In this document: positions 37,961 to 51,361 of the stretch, piece after piece | How the letters are laid out: every line of letters starts with the position of its first letter | Numbering within the stretch: position 1 is the stretch's first letter | NCBI RefSeq assembly: GCF_006345805.1 | Contig: NC_043000.1 | Coordinates: 58,218,001-58,282,000 of the forward strand | Length of the DNA stretch: 64,000 bases | Source of the DNA: Octopus sinensis | Lineage: Eukaryota | Direction of reading: 5' to 3' | Position numbers and translations under genes: made by a program | The notes under the pieces: generated by a model | Seen by the model: the letters and a program-made list of their open reading frames with translations, nothing else | What the model was told of the DNA's origin: nothing | Database searches by the model: none

Positions 37961-39089
37961 ACACTGGAACTCCTGAACCAGAGCCCCACTACTGGATGCA
38001 ATTTAAAGTCATACCCATGCTTATAAAATAGTTAACTGTAACTCACATGTTCAACATACTAAATCTGCAGATTAAGGGTATCAGTTTGGGTTAAATTCCA
38101 TTGATTAGCATTTTAGCTGTTTTTTTATGATAGTGAACCACATATGTTTATTAAAGGAGATAACATCTAAGTGGTAAAATTTAGGAGTAAAAAAATACAG
38201 TTCTCTTACCTACAAAAAGAAATATGTTTTAAACAAGATGAGCAACTGCTCAATCAATCAATCACTCAATCTAATTGAGTGTCTTACTTGGAACAACGTA
38301 CTCTTTGCCCAGGCATCCTGATTGAGTGAGATCAGTGACCAAGTTTACATGTCTTAATTAAAAGTGTCTGAATAATATGAATAAATGTTTGGGTAAAAAC
38401 AATTAAATTATTAAATGTGTAAATATTTCAATGAAGGCAACAACAATTGTTTTCAAAATCATATCTTTCCATTTACTGTGTCTGATATTTTCGCAATTGA
38501 CTCTGTCAGGATGAGACATGAAATAATTGTTTGTATTTTTTCAGATAATGAAATGTTCTTATGATAGAAAAAGATATTAAAAAAAAAAAGAAAGAAAAGA
38601 AAAAAAAAGTTCCTTTTCTTCTTTGATTCCAGAGACTGGAAAATTTTTTTTCTCAAAATCCAATTTCTGAAACATGTGGTATCATTTCAGTTATTTTACA
38701 CCCATTTTGTTTTTGAAACTGTCATTGCTTAGCATACTTGGGGAAAACCTAGTTTCTGGGAATATAAACAGACATACATTTATTAATTCATTTGTGACAC
38801 ATAAATTATAACAATGAGTATAGATGCATACTTGTCTTCACACATATACACACACATGCACACATAAATGCACACACATATGGTTGTGTATACATATGTA
38901 TATACATACATACTTTACAATATACATAAATTCTACAATAAAACACTGAAGTATACATTTATTTAATAAAATGTATATATATATATTTGTATAACCATAT
39001 ACACATAAAAATATATAGTTATACATGTTTTATTTCATATGTAACTTTATATATTCTCTCTTTCTCTCTCTCTCTCTCTCTGCTTTTGC

Positions 39090-40640
39090 TTGATGGAGCT
39101 GGGATCATCCCCGGTTAGCAGTCCCAGAGGTGTCTTTGTGTGTAGAGCCAAACAAGCCCATCAGTGCTCCCACCACATTGCTGGTGGTCCTGTGCCAGCT
39201 CTTCTATATCCTCTAAAGTGGCATTGAGCCTCACCCTTTCGTTACTATATTTCTGACCAAAATACACCCCTTATGTGTTTCAATTAATTTCTAACGTAAT
39301 CATAAATTTAGTCTGGTTTCATTAAACAACTATAACTTTTTTATTTATCAATATATCAACGTGAATTTTGGAAGATAATTTAATGAAATGTTCTCAACCA
39401 ATTCTATACTATAATTTTTGTCACAAAGTGACTCTAATTGCATGTAGATACAGGTAAATTCAACAAAATATAAAATTATTAAAATTTTGTTCAAACATTG
39501 CTATAGAAAATGGGTTATTAGCTAATATTCAATTGGGTATACAAGAAAATTTTACGATTGAATTTGTTATTCTGGGTAACTTTCTGATACCCATAATAAT
39601 ATTTATGGCAAAATAGTCTTAATTTCATTTAAGGTTATGGGAAACCACTTTCTTTCGTTTTGTTTACATTTAGCGTAACGGTTCGTTTTCGCCGTAATGA
39701 GTTCAAATAGGCTCATTCGAAAAAGTAAAAAGAAATAGTCTAAGGCTTTACTCTCCTGGGAAAGTCTGTGGCTTGGTCCAGTTTCTTCAGAAAAATCACC
39801 GAAAGAAACAGTTTTTAAATTTTCACTCCATTCAGGTGCCAATTCATTTTCTTTATCGCTGTCGGAGCTCTCGGATTCACTGTTTTCACTTTCGGAAAAT
39901 GAAACATCAGATTCATTATCAAATACCATATGCTTTTTTTTTTTCAGTCATAGAGTTAGATTTATGAAGGTCTTCAGTAGAAAATCCTTCGAATTCTGAC
40001 TCGCTGCTTGATATAATGAAATTCGTATCCACTTTTTGTCAGAATTACAAATTTTGAAAACACAATAGGAACAAATTTCGGAAAAAATCTCCCAAAATTC
40101 ACGGAATTAAAATTACACTTCGATTTTTGTACAAAACTGTAGTTGAACTCTTTACGAAGTATAATATGTGTTTTCACGAATGTACTAAAGAGATTTGCTC
40201 TGATATTCTCATTTAAATATGAATAGGTAAATTCGGACGGTTTTGGGCGGCTTGGTCACATTAACCAAAATTTTTTTCGGGCGATTTCGGGCGGTTTGGT
40301 AACGAAAGGGTTAATCATGTCCAGTCATCTGGTGAGGGGCCTGTCACAGGGCCTCTTCCAGCCTGCAGCTGCTGTGTCAAAAGTGAGTAAGGTCCTGATA
40401 AGATGATCTGGCAGGAGGTGGAGGACATGTCTGTACCAGTGCATGCAACAGATGGTTATGAGGCAGGAGGCTGCAGACAGATGTGTGCATGCATGCAGCT
40501 CATCATTGGCAATGTGATTGTGCCATTTGATGTTCTCAACGGTCCTCAGGGTTCTCCTGTTGAAGCTGCCAATCCTCTTTGCTAGGATCTTTGTGAGGTG
40601 CCAGATTTCTGGTCCATACACAGCAACAAATATTAATATC
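39090..40640 (-). mobile_element. RTE-like LINE 3' fragment split by a piggyBac insertion
   Basis: KRIGSFNRRTLRTVENIKWHNHIANDEL...WYRHVLHL..DHLIRTLLTFD..AAGWKRPCDRPLTRW at 40314-40640, continuing at 39090-39233. Confidence 0.7.
39234..40310 (-). mobile_element. Internally deleted piggyBac element retaining the transposase N-terminus
   Basis: TIRs ccctttcgttac / gtaacgaaaggg-TTAA; ORF 39603-39929 has an acidic N-terminus + ALDYFFLLF...LFELITAKTNRYA...WFPITLNEIK. Confidence 0.88.
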
Positions 40641-40659
40641 GCTTCTTTCTTCTTCATCA

Positions 40660-41000
40660 TCATCATCATCATTTAATGTCCATATTCCATGTTTGCATAC
40701 ATTGGATAGTTTGACAGGATCCACTGGTTCCAGGGTGTGTATTGAGCTCCATTGTCTGTTTTGTCATGATTCCTATGGCTGATTGCCTTTCCTAATGCCA
40801 ACCAATTTACAGCATGTATTGAGTGTTTTTTTTTAATTTTCCTGCCATCAGCATTAATGTGGTTGCCATATATCTTAAAGCCACCGAAAGTGGGATGATT
40901 TTAACCTAGGAGGTGAGGAATTGAAGGATTAAAGTATGAGAGAAGCGACCAGAGCAGAATAGGTTTTTTTGCTGTAGAGCGGCTGTTAGACCACTCACAT
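40660..41000 (-). mobile_element. SINE family B
   Basis: (CAT)n tail, ggctgattgcctttcctaatgccaacc. Confidence 0.7.
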
Positions 41001-41589
41001 TTTAGGTGAGTAGTTGGGAATGATCAGATAGTGTTGAAAAATGACAAGAATACTGGTGATGAGGTGTGTGGATAGACTGTCAATGTATGAGATGAGTGAG
41101 GGGCATGGAGGTTTTGAGATTGCATGGTGAGTGTAGAGATGGGAGATGGGAAATAGGTGAGGGGAGGAGAGGTTGAAGACAATTGTAAAGATTAGGTAGT
41201 GTTGAAAGGAAGATATAGTAAATGGTGGATAGCAGGTGGGGTATTACCAATGATGCATGAGTTGGGGTAAGTAGCAGAGAGTAGATAACTGACAATGCAG
41301 AAAAAAGCAGGAGCAACAGAATAGTAAAGTTGATTCAGGAGACAGGGGAAGGAAGAGAGAGAGAAGAAGAAGAAGAAGAAGAGAGAGAGAGAGAGAAAAG
41401 CAAGCTTAATGTGTGAGGAGATATATAGTGCTAGAGAAGAGAGAATTTGATGGCTCATTGGAATTGGTGGGGGGTTGGGTGTCATCAATGTTCTTATGTG
41501 TCCATAGCTTTCACTGAATACAGTGTATGGAATTTCTTCATACATCTTTCCTATGTATTATGCAGGGCCATTTAGCTAAAAGGAGTAGA

Positions 41590-42590
41590 GCCCTTGTTTT
41601 CCATTTAACTAGGACTTTTGTCTTTAAGGCCTTTTGATTCCAGATTTTGTTTCCACACCTGGTATTTCTTTCTAATTATATTATGGATTCTGCTATAAGA
41701 ACAAGTTCATCAGCATATAGTAATTACCAAGGATAACCAGTCTTAAATTCTTCTGTTAGTGTCTGGGTGACTATGATGAATTGGAGAGGTCTGAGAACCA
41801 AGCTCTGGTGAACTTCAACCTGTACACTAAATCTTTTTGCTTTACTTATTGCTAACCCACTTACTGAAAGCTCTCCTGTACACTGCTTCTATGACTCTCA
41901 CAAGCCATTAATCTGTCCTGAGCTTCCTTAATGGCCACCAGATCACAGAGTGAAGGTCACTGTCAAAAGCTTTCTTCAGGTAGACACATGCTGAGTACGA
42001 TGGCTTACTCTTAGCTAAATACTTCTGTAGAATGAGGGCATCAGTAGTACTTCTCAGCAGAAAACCAATTTGTGTCTCATCTAACCTAATTCTTTTCCTA
42101 ATTCATTGGGCTATAACATTTTTTATAGCTTTCATAACCTAGTTGAGCAATTTGATATTGCTGTAATTATTTCTATCTAAATTGTCTCCTTTACTTTGTA
42201 ACAGTTGACTATAATGCTGTTATGCCAGTTATTGGTTATGACACCTTCCTGTTCAACCTGATTAAGTATATCGGTGATTAACCTGTATCCTACTCCACCA
42301 GATATTTTAAGCATTCCTGCCTTCGTATCTTGAACTACTTTATCTATCATACTGCTATTGTCTAGGATAGCCAGTCCCTCTGATGGGTCCACATTGGGAA
42401 GACCCTCTTTTTGCCATGCATTCTCCACATCTAATAGCCTTCCACAGTAGCTTTTCCATGCTTCTTTCATTTTAGATTCACCAAGTGTAAGTGCACCATT
42501 ATCCATTCGCAAACCACATTTTGACTTTCTCCAACACACTGTCTTGCAACCCAGAACTTTTCATGCCTCTGATCCCATGTACGCATGTGT
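41590..42590 (-). mobile_element. RTE-clade LINE RT fragment
   Basis: KEAWKSYCGRLLDVENAW...GMLKISGGVGYRLITDILNQV...WHNSIIVNCYK; LYADEL-like motif near 41710. Confidence 0.75.
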
Positions 42591-42740
42591 GTATCTGTCT
42601 GTATGTGTGTGTGTGTGCATGTGTGTGTGTATGTATGTATGTATGTATGTATGTATGCATGTATGTATGTATGTATGTATGTATGTATGTATGTATGTAT
42701 GTATGTATGTATGTATGTATGTATGTATGTATGTATGTAT
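42590..42740. repeat. (GTAT)n microsatellite
   Basis: Directly visible. Confidence 0.97.
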
Positions 42741-43337
42741 TTAAACAAGTGTACAGAATTGGAAATGTGACTATATTTGAATTGTGTCAGATTTCTAATC
42801 ATTCACATTAAATTATAAGGTCAAATGCCAATAATTATAATCAATCAATAATCTATTTTCTGCAACTGTGATAAATGTATCAATGGCTGTCTTTTTATAA
42901 TCAGTTATATCTAGCAAGTTGAAATTTACAGCTGAATATTGACTCAGGGTGAGGGGAGAGAGAGAAAGAGAGATGAGTTGTCTCAATGCGTGTGCTAATG
43001 ATCACTGGTGATGTGGTGAAGTGAACTGAGTGTAACCACTGAATTGAACATGGTCACAAATTTAATTTATCTTAAGCCTAATTTTTGCTATATTATCCAA
43101 AAGTAAATAATGTAAAAATAAATAATATACCATGAAAATTAAATGTTTTCTAAGTTACAAGAGACTTTCCAGATTTAATATTTGGTTTTCGGTACAACCA
43201 AGTTTTCTGGCACCGATGGTCTCTCTAAACTTTTTTAATCTGTACCAATTTACAAGCAAGAACTTCAAATTCCAGCAGCCACCAGACTAGTTTACTGGGC
43301 AGCCCTGTTTCACAGTTCCTTGCACAGTGCAGTATAA

Positions 43338-43558
43338 CCCCTTTTGCTACCATATTTCTGTTGAAATATACTGCTTTTGTGTCAATTAATTCTGAAAATA
43401 ATCAAGGATTTAATAAAATAACTGTCATTATTAAGCAGGTGTTCAGAACATAAATTAACATGAAATTCTGGTGGGAGGTTTTAATTTAGATCTCTTTAAA
43501 ACTGGGAATTTATATCATAGAACCAATAGCAGTTTTGGGTGGGTTGGAATCAAAAGGG
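43338..43558. mobile_element. piggyBac-type MITE, diverged copy of the 59515 family
   Basis: ccccttttgctac...aatcaaaaggg, 221 bp, internal similarity to 59515-59735; TSDs degenerate. Confidence 0.65.
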
Positions 43559-43999
43559 CTAATAAACTTGTATCATTTATGCTAATGTACAGGTACCTGT
43601 ATTTCATTTAATCATTTATGTAAATTTAATATTTGTTTAATTTAGAGGTGACTACCCCATGGTTTGAAAAAAATCAATAATCTGGAGAGGCCTTGAAACC
43701 AAAGGTTCTGGAAAATCAATGTTATACATGTATAAAATAGATAAGAGATAAATCTTCCTCTGTGTATCAGAGGTAATATTTTCAAATGATCCACCTATTT
43801 CAAACAGTTACATGCACAACTACATAGAAATGTGAAAATACATGACAAAGCATTTGCTGCAGCTTTAGAGCATAAGATGGTGGAGTTAATAATCCAGTAT
43901 TTTTTGCATTCAAATACTTTTTACTCGTACATAGAAGTAAATTGGTACTGAATACAATTCAAGGTTTTGTGTTGCATGGGGAAAAAATATATATATCTC

Positions 44000-44142
44000 T
44001 TGGCGTTAGGAAGGGCATCCAGCCGTAGAAACATTGCCAGATCAGACTGGGCCTGGTGCAGCCTTCTGGCTTCCCAGACCCCAGTTGAACTGTCCAACCC
44101 ATGCTAGCATGGAAAGTGGACGCTAAACGATGATGATGATGA
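44000..44142 (+). mobile_element. SINE family B 3' fragment
   Basis: ggcgttaggaagggcatccagccgtag...gctaaacgatgatgatg. Confidence 0.85.
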
Positions 44143-44403
44143 TATTTATATATGTGGAGGCACATGGCTTAGTGGTTAGTGTGTCAGCTGCAATGACCAG
44201 CCTTTCAAGTGAAGGATTCAACTTGGTTGTTGCTTTCTTCATTTCTTCATAAACGTTATATCATGTAACAGTGTCCTTCATTGTCTTTCATTGGTGTCAT
44301 TGAATGATTTATCAACTTTATGCATGAAAATTGCCAGTTGAGTCAAATCAGATATATCTGTGCTTTTGTCAGTAGCCAGTAAAAAAATTCATATTCCCTT
44401 ATA

Positions 44404-44588
44404 CCAGTGTTTACCAACCTGAAACCCCTGGTGGTCCACAAAGGTAGTACTAGTGGAAGTGGGGGTCTGTGAACTAAATTTTATACATAAGAATAAGTAT
44501 ATTAAAAGGGGTCTGTAAGAAAACTCATTTAAATAAAAGGGTTGGGAACTACTGTTGGGAACCATTGTGCAAAGGTTGGGAGCCACTG
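44404..44588. mobile_element. hAT-type MITE remnant
   Basis: cagtgtttaccaacc ... ggttgggagccactg termini. Confidence 0.5.
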
Positions 44589-44699
44589 CCTTATACTCTT
44601 ATTCTCTTATACAGCATACCCTTGATAACTCCTGAAATTTCTTCAGCCTGTTTTGTTATTGTTCCATGAGATAAGCTAATCAATTGAATACATTTTTGT

Positions 44700-45410
44700 C
44701 AATAGTGAACCAGTAATGTTTTGTATTTGCAATCTTTGACATTATCAGAGCTGAGCATGCATTTTAGACCTGCTGTAACCATTGATGAATTATACTTCAG
44801 TAGTTCAGAAATGAATTTCAAATATCTTGGAAGCACCATCCATAATGATGGTGATGCAAAAGTTGACATACAAGCCTGTGTCAGACAAGCTCCAGATGTA
44901 TTCAGATGACTGTCCAGTATGATCCAATAATTCCATCACCAAAGATGTGAAAATTGGTCTCTACATGTTGATTGTAGTGCCTACTGCTATCTATGCATGC
45001 AAGATGTGGAAAAGTACTGCTAGCATCAGCAATAAATTGGATGTCTTCCATAGGTGATGCATTTGTGTTATACTTGGAGTATCATGGAAGGTCTACATCA
45101 CCATTGAGGAGGACATTGCAGTGGTCAGCGATAGACTACCTATCAGATATTGTCAAGAAACGAATGTTGCAACTTATCAGACATATAATACAGCTACCAG
45201 AACACAGGCTGTTTTACACTGCATTGACATGGATACTGACTGGGAGAAAATGATGGAGAGAAAGAATGCCCCAAAACTTGTGCAGTACTCTCCATGAAGA
45301 CTTACAGGAACTGCAATTGATCTGGACTGATGCAAAAGTAGCTGTAGCAGATTGCACTCAGTGGAGACAACTTGTCACCCAATGTTCCATTAGGAAGAGA
45401 AGGAACTAAG
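44700..45410 (+). mobile_element. RTE-like LINE 3' fragment
   Basis: FKYLGSTIHNDGDAKVDIQ...KKRMLQLIRHIIQLPEHRL..TALTW...QWRQLVTQC. Confidence 0.75.
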
Positions 45411-45916
45411 ACTAAACTCAGAAATAATCAAAGCAAAAATGAAAATGCCCCTGTGAGATAAAAACAAATATCTATAAAGTTACATTTTCTTGTGATTGAA
45501 TAGTAAATGCAGAAAATTTTATTGATGTAATCAATGAAATATTTTAAACAAATATTGAGAAATTCTTTTGTCTGATCTAAGAGGTGAGAATTTATTAAAT
45601 TGAATATGATATTCTTATTATTTTTGGCTTGCTGAGCTCAAGGAGATGTGAACCTATGGAGTAGTGTAAGTATTGTGTCATTTGGTACATGATCAAGAGG
45701 GTTCTCCAACAGCTGCTATGATCATTCACATGCACATAGGTTGAAAACCAAACTGCAAGAATATGACACTGAATGGTAATAAATGTTAAATAACATGATC
45801 TCAAAAACTGCAGCTTACAATGCATTACATTTGACATAAAAGCATTCAAAAAATGTTTGTGCTAACAAAATATTTCTGAGAACAACAACAACAGTAATAA
45901 TAATGATGATGATGAC

Positions 45917-45955
<39 letters not shown>

Positions 45956-46164
45956 CATAAATATATAAAGTCACTTTTATGCAGAACCAGTGATATCAAT
46001 ATTCTCAGAGAGAATATCATTTAACATATTAAGGTTGACAGTGACAAAATTAGCAGAGAAACCAAACTACAACAAGTATTTAAAATAAACATTTCTTTTC
46101 CCTTGCTGATGTTTGATAATGTGATGTTATTCTTATTATAAATGTTTGTTAAAACAGGGACCTG

Positions 46165-46345
46165 GCTGAATCATTAGTACACTGAACAAAATGCTTACCA
46201 GTATTTCTTCTGACTCATTATGTTCGGAGCTCAAATCTTGCCAAGGTCAATTTTGCCTTCCATCCTTTCAAATAAATACCGGTTAAACACTGGGTCAATG
46301 AAATCAACTAGATCCCTCCCCCAAATTTCAGGCCTTGGCAAAACT
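46165..46345 (+). mobile_element. SINE family E
   Basis: ggctgaatcattagtac...ggagctcaaatc. Confidence 0.7.
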
Positions 46346-46860
46346 GGAAAGATATGACAATAGAAAAAGACAGTTCAGGCAAAACAGATTCTTTGAAGCA
46401 AATCAGAAGAAACTGTTTCAGGAACTAGATGGGTAAATACACATAACAATGATACCAGATGCAAAGGAAATCAAGGCATTCTGGAGAGAGCTCTGGAACC
46501 AACCTGTAGAGCATAATGATGAAGCGGAGTGGCTGCATGAAATCCAAGATAGGTTAAGAAATATAGAAGTCCAAGAAGACATAAAGATAACTACAGAAAT
46601 AATAAAAAAGCAGTTAAGAAGATACCCAAACTGGAAGAGCCCAGGACCAGATGGGGTCCAAGGGTGTTGGATGAAGAAACTGACAGGACTCCATGAAAGG
46701 ACAGCACAACAGCTAGATGAGTACTTGCAGGAAGGCGCAGTAACCAGCTGACTGACAAAAGAAAAGACATAATGTGCCAAGGAATCTGAAACGGGTGGTC
46801 CAGATCTATGTGGGTATCTTTTCTGAACATTGTCTGATTTAAAAAGCCACGTCAGATGCC
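46345..46860 (+). mobile_element. R4/Dong-clade RT N-terminal fragment
   Basis: PDAKEIKAFWRELWNQPVEHN...ITTEIIKKQLRRYPNWKSPGPDGVQGCWMKKLTGLHER. Confidence 0.85.
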
Positions 46861-46929
46861 ATGATGGTGCTAAGGTGTAGATGCAGGAGGTGGTCAAACT
46901 CTGCATAAGCATATATATATATATGTATA

Positions 46930-46985
<56 letters not shown>

Positions 46986-47019
46986 AAAAGAGGGAGTGGT
47001 GTTTCCACACAGGGAAAAA

Positions 47020-48740
47020 TTATAGGAAAATGTGTTGTTGAAAATGCACTTAAATTTCAAAAGCTCGTAAATGTTTAAAATACATTTATTTACAGATATA
47101 CCAAACTAGTTTCAACAATATTTTTTGTTTATCAATGCTAAAAAGTGTAAAATTAGAAAAACATTGTTATAAGTTTCAATGTTGACAAATCAAAATGTTT
47201 CAATGTTGACAAACTGAAATGTTTCAATGTTGTTAAATTCAAATGTTTCAATGTTGATAAATTATCATGTTCAAAACAGAAGGTGTAAGTTTGAAATTAA
47301 AACTGTATATTAATTTGTTAGAATGTACAAGGTTCATTAATTTCAGTGGTGATCGACATGATATACTGAAAAAAATCAGTGTGAGAATTAAAATAGTAAA
47401 AAAAGTGGGGAAATTACAGTTTCTCAGATCTTTAAACAGTCACTTCAGCTTGCAATGGTATGTTTTAGGGAAAGATGTATTTATAAATTTTTTTCTGTGA
47501 GCGGATCTGATTTTAATTTGTTAAAAAATTGATGACGTTTTTCTTCTGTGGTGAAGCTTGTCATTCTGCTTGGTTGGTTTCCTTGCAGGATATGGTTATA
47601 GGTCATTAAGGTTGGTTGGTTCTCTTAAAGGGTCTTTTCGTTGTATTTGTAAAAGTTCAGTTTTGATTGGTTTGGAATTATGTGACATCAGCAACTTGAG
47701 TTTGTGGAATTTCATTTGACTGGAGGTGGGTGACGTCAGCATCTTGTATTTATGTGGTGATTTGGAGCTGTGGTTCCGAAACCCGGGTGGAAGATTGTTA
47801 CTAAAATTTTATTGTTTTTTTGTGTTGAAATTGGGTGTTTTTTCTCTTCTTTATACTGCTTTTTCTTCTTTCTAAAGGATATTTAACTGTGGTTTATATT
47901 TTTAAATATAAAATGCAGTATAAAGAAGCGAAAAAACACCCAATTTCAACACAAAAAAAACAATAAAATTTTAGTAACAATCTTTCACCTGGGTTTCGAA
48001 AGCGCAGCTCCAAATCGTCACATAAATACAAGATGCTGATGTCACCCACCTCCAGTCCAATGAAATTCCACAAACACCAGTTGTTGACATTACATAATTC
48101 CAAACCAAACTTCAACGAATATAACGAAAAGACCCTTTAAGAGAACCAACCAACCAGAACGACATATAACCATATACTGCAAGGAAACCAACCAAGCAGA
48201 ACGACAAGCTTCACCACAGTAGAAAAATGCCATTAATTTTTTAACGAATCAAAATCAGATCCGCTCGCAGAGAAAAATTTATAAATACATCTTTCCCTAA
48301 AACATACCATTGCAAGCTGAAGCGACTGTTTAAAGATCTGAGAAACCACAATTTCCTGCTTTTTTTACTATTTTAATCCTCACACCGGTTTTTTTCAGTA
48401 TGACTTGTCAACCACCACTGAAATAAATGAACCTTGTACATTCTAACAAATTAATATACAGTTTTAATTTCAAACTTACACCTTCTGTTTTGAACATGAT
48501 AATTTATCAACATTGAAACATTTGAATTTAACAACATTGAAACATTTCAGTTTGTCAACATTGAAACACTTTGATTTGTCAACATTGAAACTTATAACGA
48601 TGTTTTTCTAATTTTACACTTTTACCATTGATAAACAAAAAATATTGTTGAAACTAGTTTGGTATATATGTAAATAAATGTATCTTAAACATTTATGACC
48701 TTTTGAAATTTAAGTGCATTTTCAACAACACATTTTCCTC
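47020..48740. repeat. Large inverted repeat (about 830-bp arms, about 55-bp spacer)
   Basis: aggaaaatgtgttgttgaaaatgcac... mirrored by ...gtgcattttcaacaacacattttcct; includes four 20-21-bp tandem units (tttcaatgttg) per arm. Confidence 0.95.
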
Positions 48741-48792
48741 TCTCTCTCTATATATATATCTGTATGTATGTAAATGAATATATATATGTGTG

Positions 48793-48837
<45 letters not shown>

Positions 48838-49052
48838 TATATATATGGGTACAGGACACCAAAAAAACGTCGAACACAATGAGAAACGAAAGCATAAAAA
48901 CAAAACCAAGGAAACGGACAATTTTTTAAACAACGATAAAACAGTACAAGACATACAACACAAGAAAATTCCACAAAGTTTGAAAGCAAGCTTTTTACCA
49001 CATAGCTACACTTGTGCCTTGTCTTACCTCACACCCACACTTGCCCCTATGT

Positions 49053-49330
49053 ATATCTAGATATATAAAACTGAGAATGGATGTCTGTCTATCTGTCTAT
49101 CTGTCAGTCTGTCTGTCTGACTTCATTCAAATTTTACACATGCCTTACTTAGGGTCCATGGAGTGTCATGAGCCAAAAAATTTTAACTTCTTGCCTAATG
49201 TGAGCCTGGAGCAATCTCTTAGACTGTTTTGCTATTACATGTCAAAAGTGAAACAATAACATCTCTATTTTAATGTGATGTATAATAATTTTACTTTTCT
49301 ATGGTTTCACTTTCTATAGTTTTGTTTCTA
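49053..49330 (+). mobile_element. Possible non-autonomous Helitron-like element
   Basis: tctagatatataaaactgagaatg followed by (CTGT)n, a common Helitron-type 5' layout; no 3' hairpin-CTAG confirmed. Confidence 0.4.
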
Positions 49331-49346
49331 TTAGTTTCACTTTGTG

Positions 49347-49399
<53 letters not shown>

Positions 49400-49401
<2 letters not shown>

Positions 49402-51200
49402 TTTACTGTTTTCAGCCCAGGGCTGAGGTCATGCTGGTGCATCTCCTGCCATGATGTGGGTTCATCTGGTATCTCAGATAGCAACCTGTCCAGACGTTCT
49501 TTGAAAACTTCCATATCAACACCATGTAGATCTCTAAGGTTGCCTGGAAGGATGTTGAACAATTGCAGGCACTTGAAACCCAGACTATTGCAGTACTGTG
49601 TCTTTATTTTAGATGGGGATGACAGAATCTGTGGTATGATGCAGTGCTGTCCAGTTCGAGGATTGGTATAACTGTCAATTCCAAAATTGGAAACTATAAC
49701 CTACAAGATCTTCCAAATATATATCACCACACATCTTTCTCATCTTCTCTCCAGGGAATAGAGACTCAGCTCCTTTAGCCTCTCCCAGCCCATCTTTTCC
49801 ATTGAGTCAATAGTCTTTGTGTATTGGTGCTGGATTGCTTCTAGTTCCACAGTTTGTTTCACACTCCCTGGGGACCATAGTTGGGAGCAGTAATCCAAGC
49901 AGCTGAGAACAAATGTCTTCCATAGGAGTAGCAGAGCCTCCATTTTCTTGGTTCTGAATTTCCTCAGAATCCAGCCAACTACTCACCTGCAGAGTGCTGC
50001 CATCTTGGTAATATGCACATGGAATGTTGTATCATTGCTCATGTGAACCCCCAGGTCAAACACGGCTGAGAACATTGTTGTGGATAATTTCCACATTGTT
50101 TGTAAAGCAGAAGTCCAGGATATGTTTGTGCCTGGTTGAAGAGAGTATGATCTGCTCCATGAATATCATTTTTGTAACATCAAGTAGAGATTCTGCTTGA
50201 TTTTGCTCTTTGTGCGTCATTCCTGGGGTTATATTGCCCCCAGGCCACCTGATGTTGGGGAAGTTGAAGTCACCCATCAGGAATATAGTAGTACGTTGAT
50301 CCAGTTGTGCTAGTACTTCCTTTATCACACTGAGGCCTTCCTCAAACTTTCCATCATGGTTTGAGGCATCAGATAGGTGATATAGTATGCATATCCCTAT
50401 ATCAAGTTGCTTTAGCTGTACTATGAGTGTGTCACACACCAAGTTCGAGTTCAATAACAGGGTTATTTGTGGATGCACATTGCAACTTCACCATGACTGC
50501 CTTTTCTTCTATCTGTACAGAAGATAGAATACATTGGTATGTGTATCTCCGCATCACTTATGTCTGCAGATAGATGTGTTTCTGTAAGTGCAATGCATAT
50601 GGCTTGATTGCATGCAGGAAGATTCTTCAGGTGCTCAATTTTGTATTTGCTATTGTTCTGCAGCAGGCCTCATTAGTAGATATGGTGTTGGTGTTGGTGT
50701 GATGGGTGGTTTGGTGGCCAGCCCGGGTCCATCAATTGTGGCGGTCTTGTGTGTGAGGGTGCATTGCTCAGCTTTGTCTGTAGCCATGACAACCATTGCA
50801 CTATTTCCTGTGTCACACTTGAAAATGTTCTTGCTCAATCACTGCATCCATATGACTTCTGTCTGGCCTTCTTTTCTGCAGGCTTGCGCTGGGATATAGA
50901 TTTTTCTAAGTGTGGTTGTTTCCTTCGTTGGGTGAGTGATGGATTTTGCTCCAGTGTTGGGTGTGCAAAGTGGCAGTTTGTCCCAGTCTCTCCATGTCAG
51001 CAGACAACTCTTTTGTGAAACTTCTCAGATAGACCTTTTTCTCTGAGATTTGGGTTTTTATTTTTGAATCATTTTCACCTGGCTTTCATCTGGTGTCTTT
51101 TTCTACTTCTACATTGCTGCTTTGGGAGGTGTTAGGACTGTGATTGTTTGCACTTTTCTCGTTTCCTTCCTTGTTGAGCTTTTTAACTTTGGAGTCGATG
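49400..51200 (-). mobile_element. Internally deleted CR1/L2-group LINE (EN + 3' end)
   Basis: TETHLSADISDAEI..., IFLMGDFNFPNIRW, HILDFCFTNN; then LSCLDYCSQLWSP...LKELSLYSLERR and FNILP..LRDL...FKERLDRLLSEIPDEP. Confidence 0.85.
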
Positions 51201-51257
51201 TTGCCACTGCTAGTATATATATATAAATATGTATATGTATATCTATCTATCTATCTA

Positions 51258-51313
<56 letters not shown>

Positions 51314-51361
51314 TCTATATATATATATATATATATAAATAAACCATAAAACATAAAACCT

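Noticed and set aside
47735-47795. GAAAC-CCGG-GTG palindrome with a gagc/gctt stem as a possible HHR in the large inverted repeat
   Set aside because: GUG is not an NUH site and the CUGANGA spacing is wrong in both arms.
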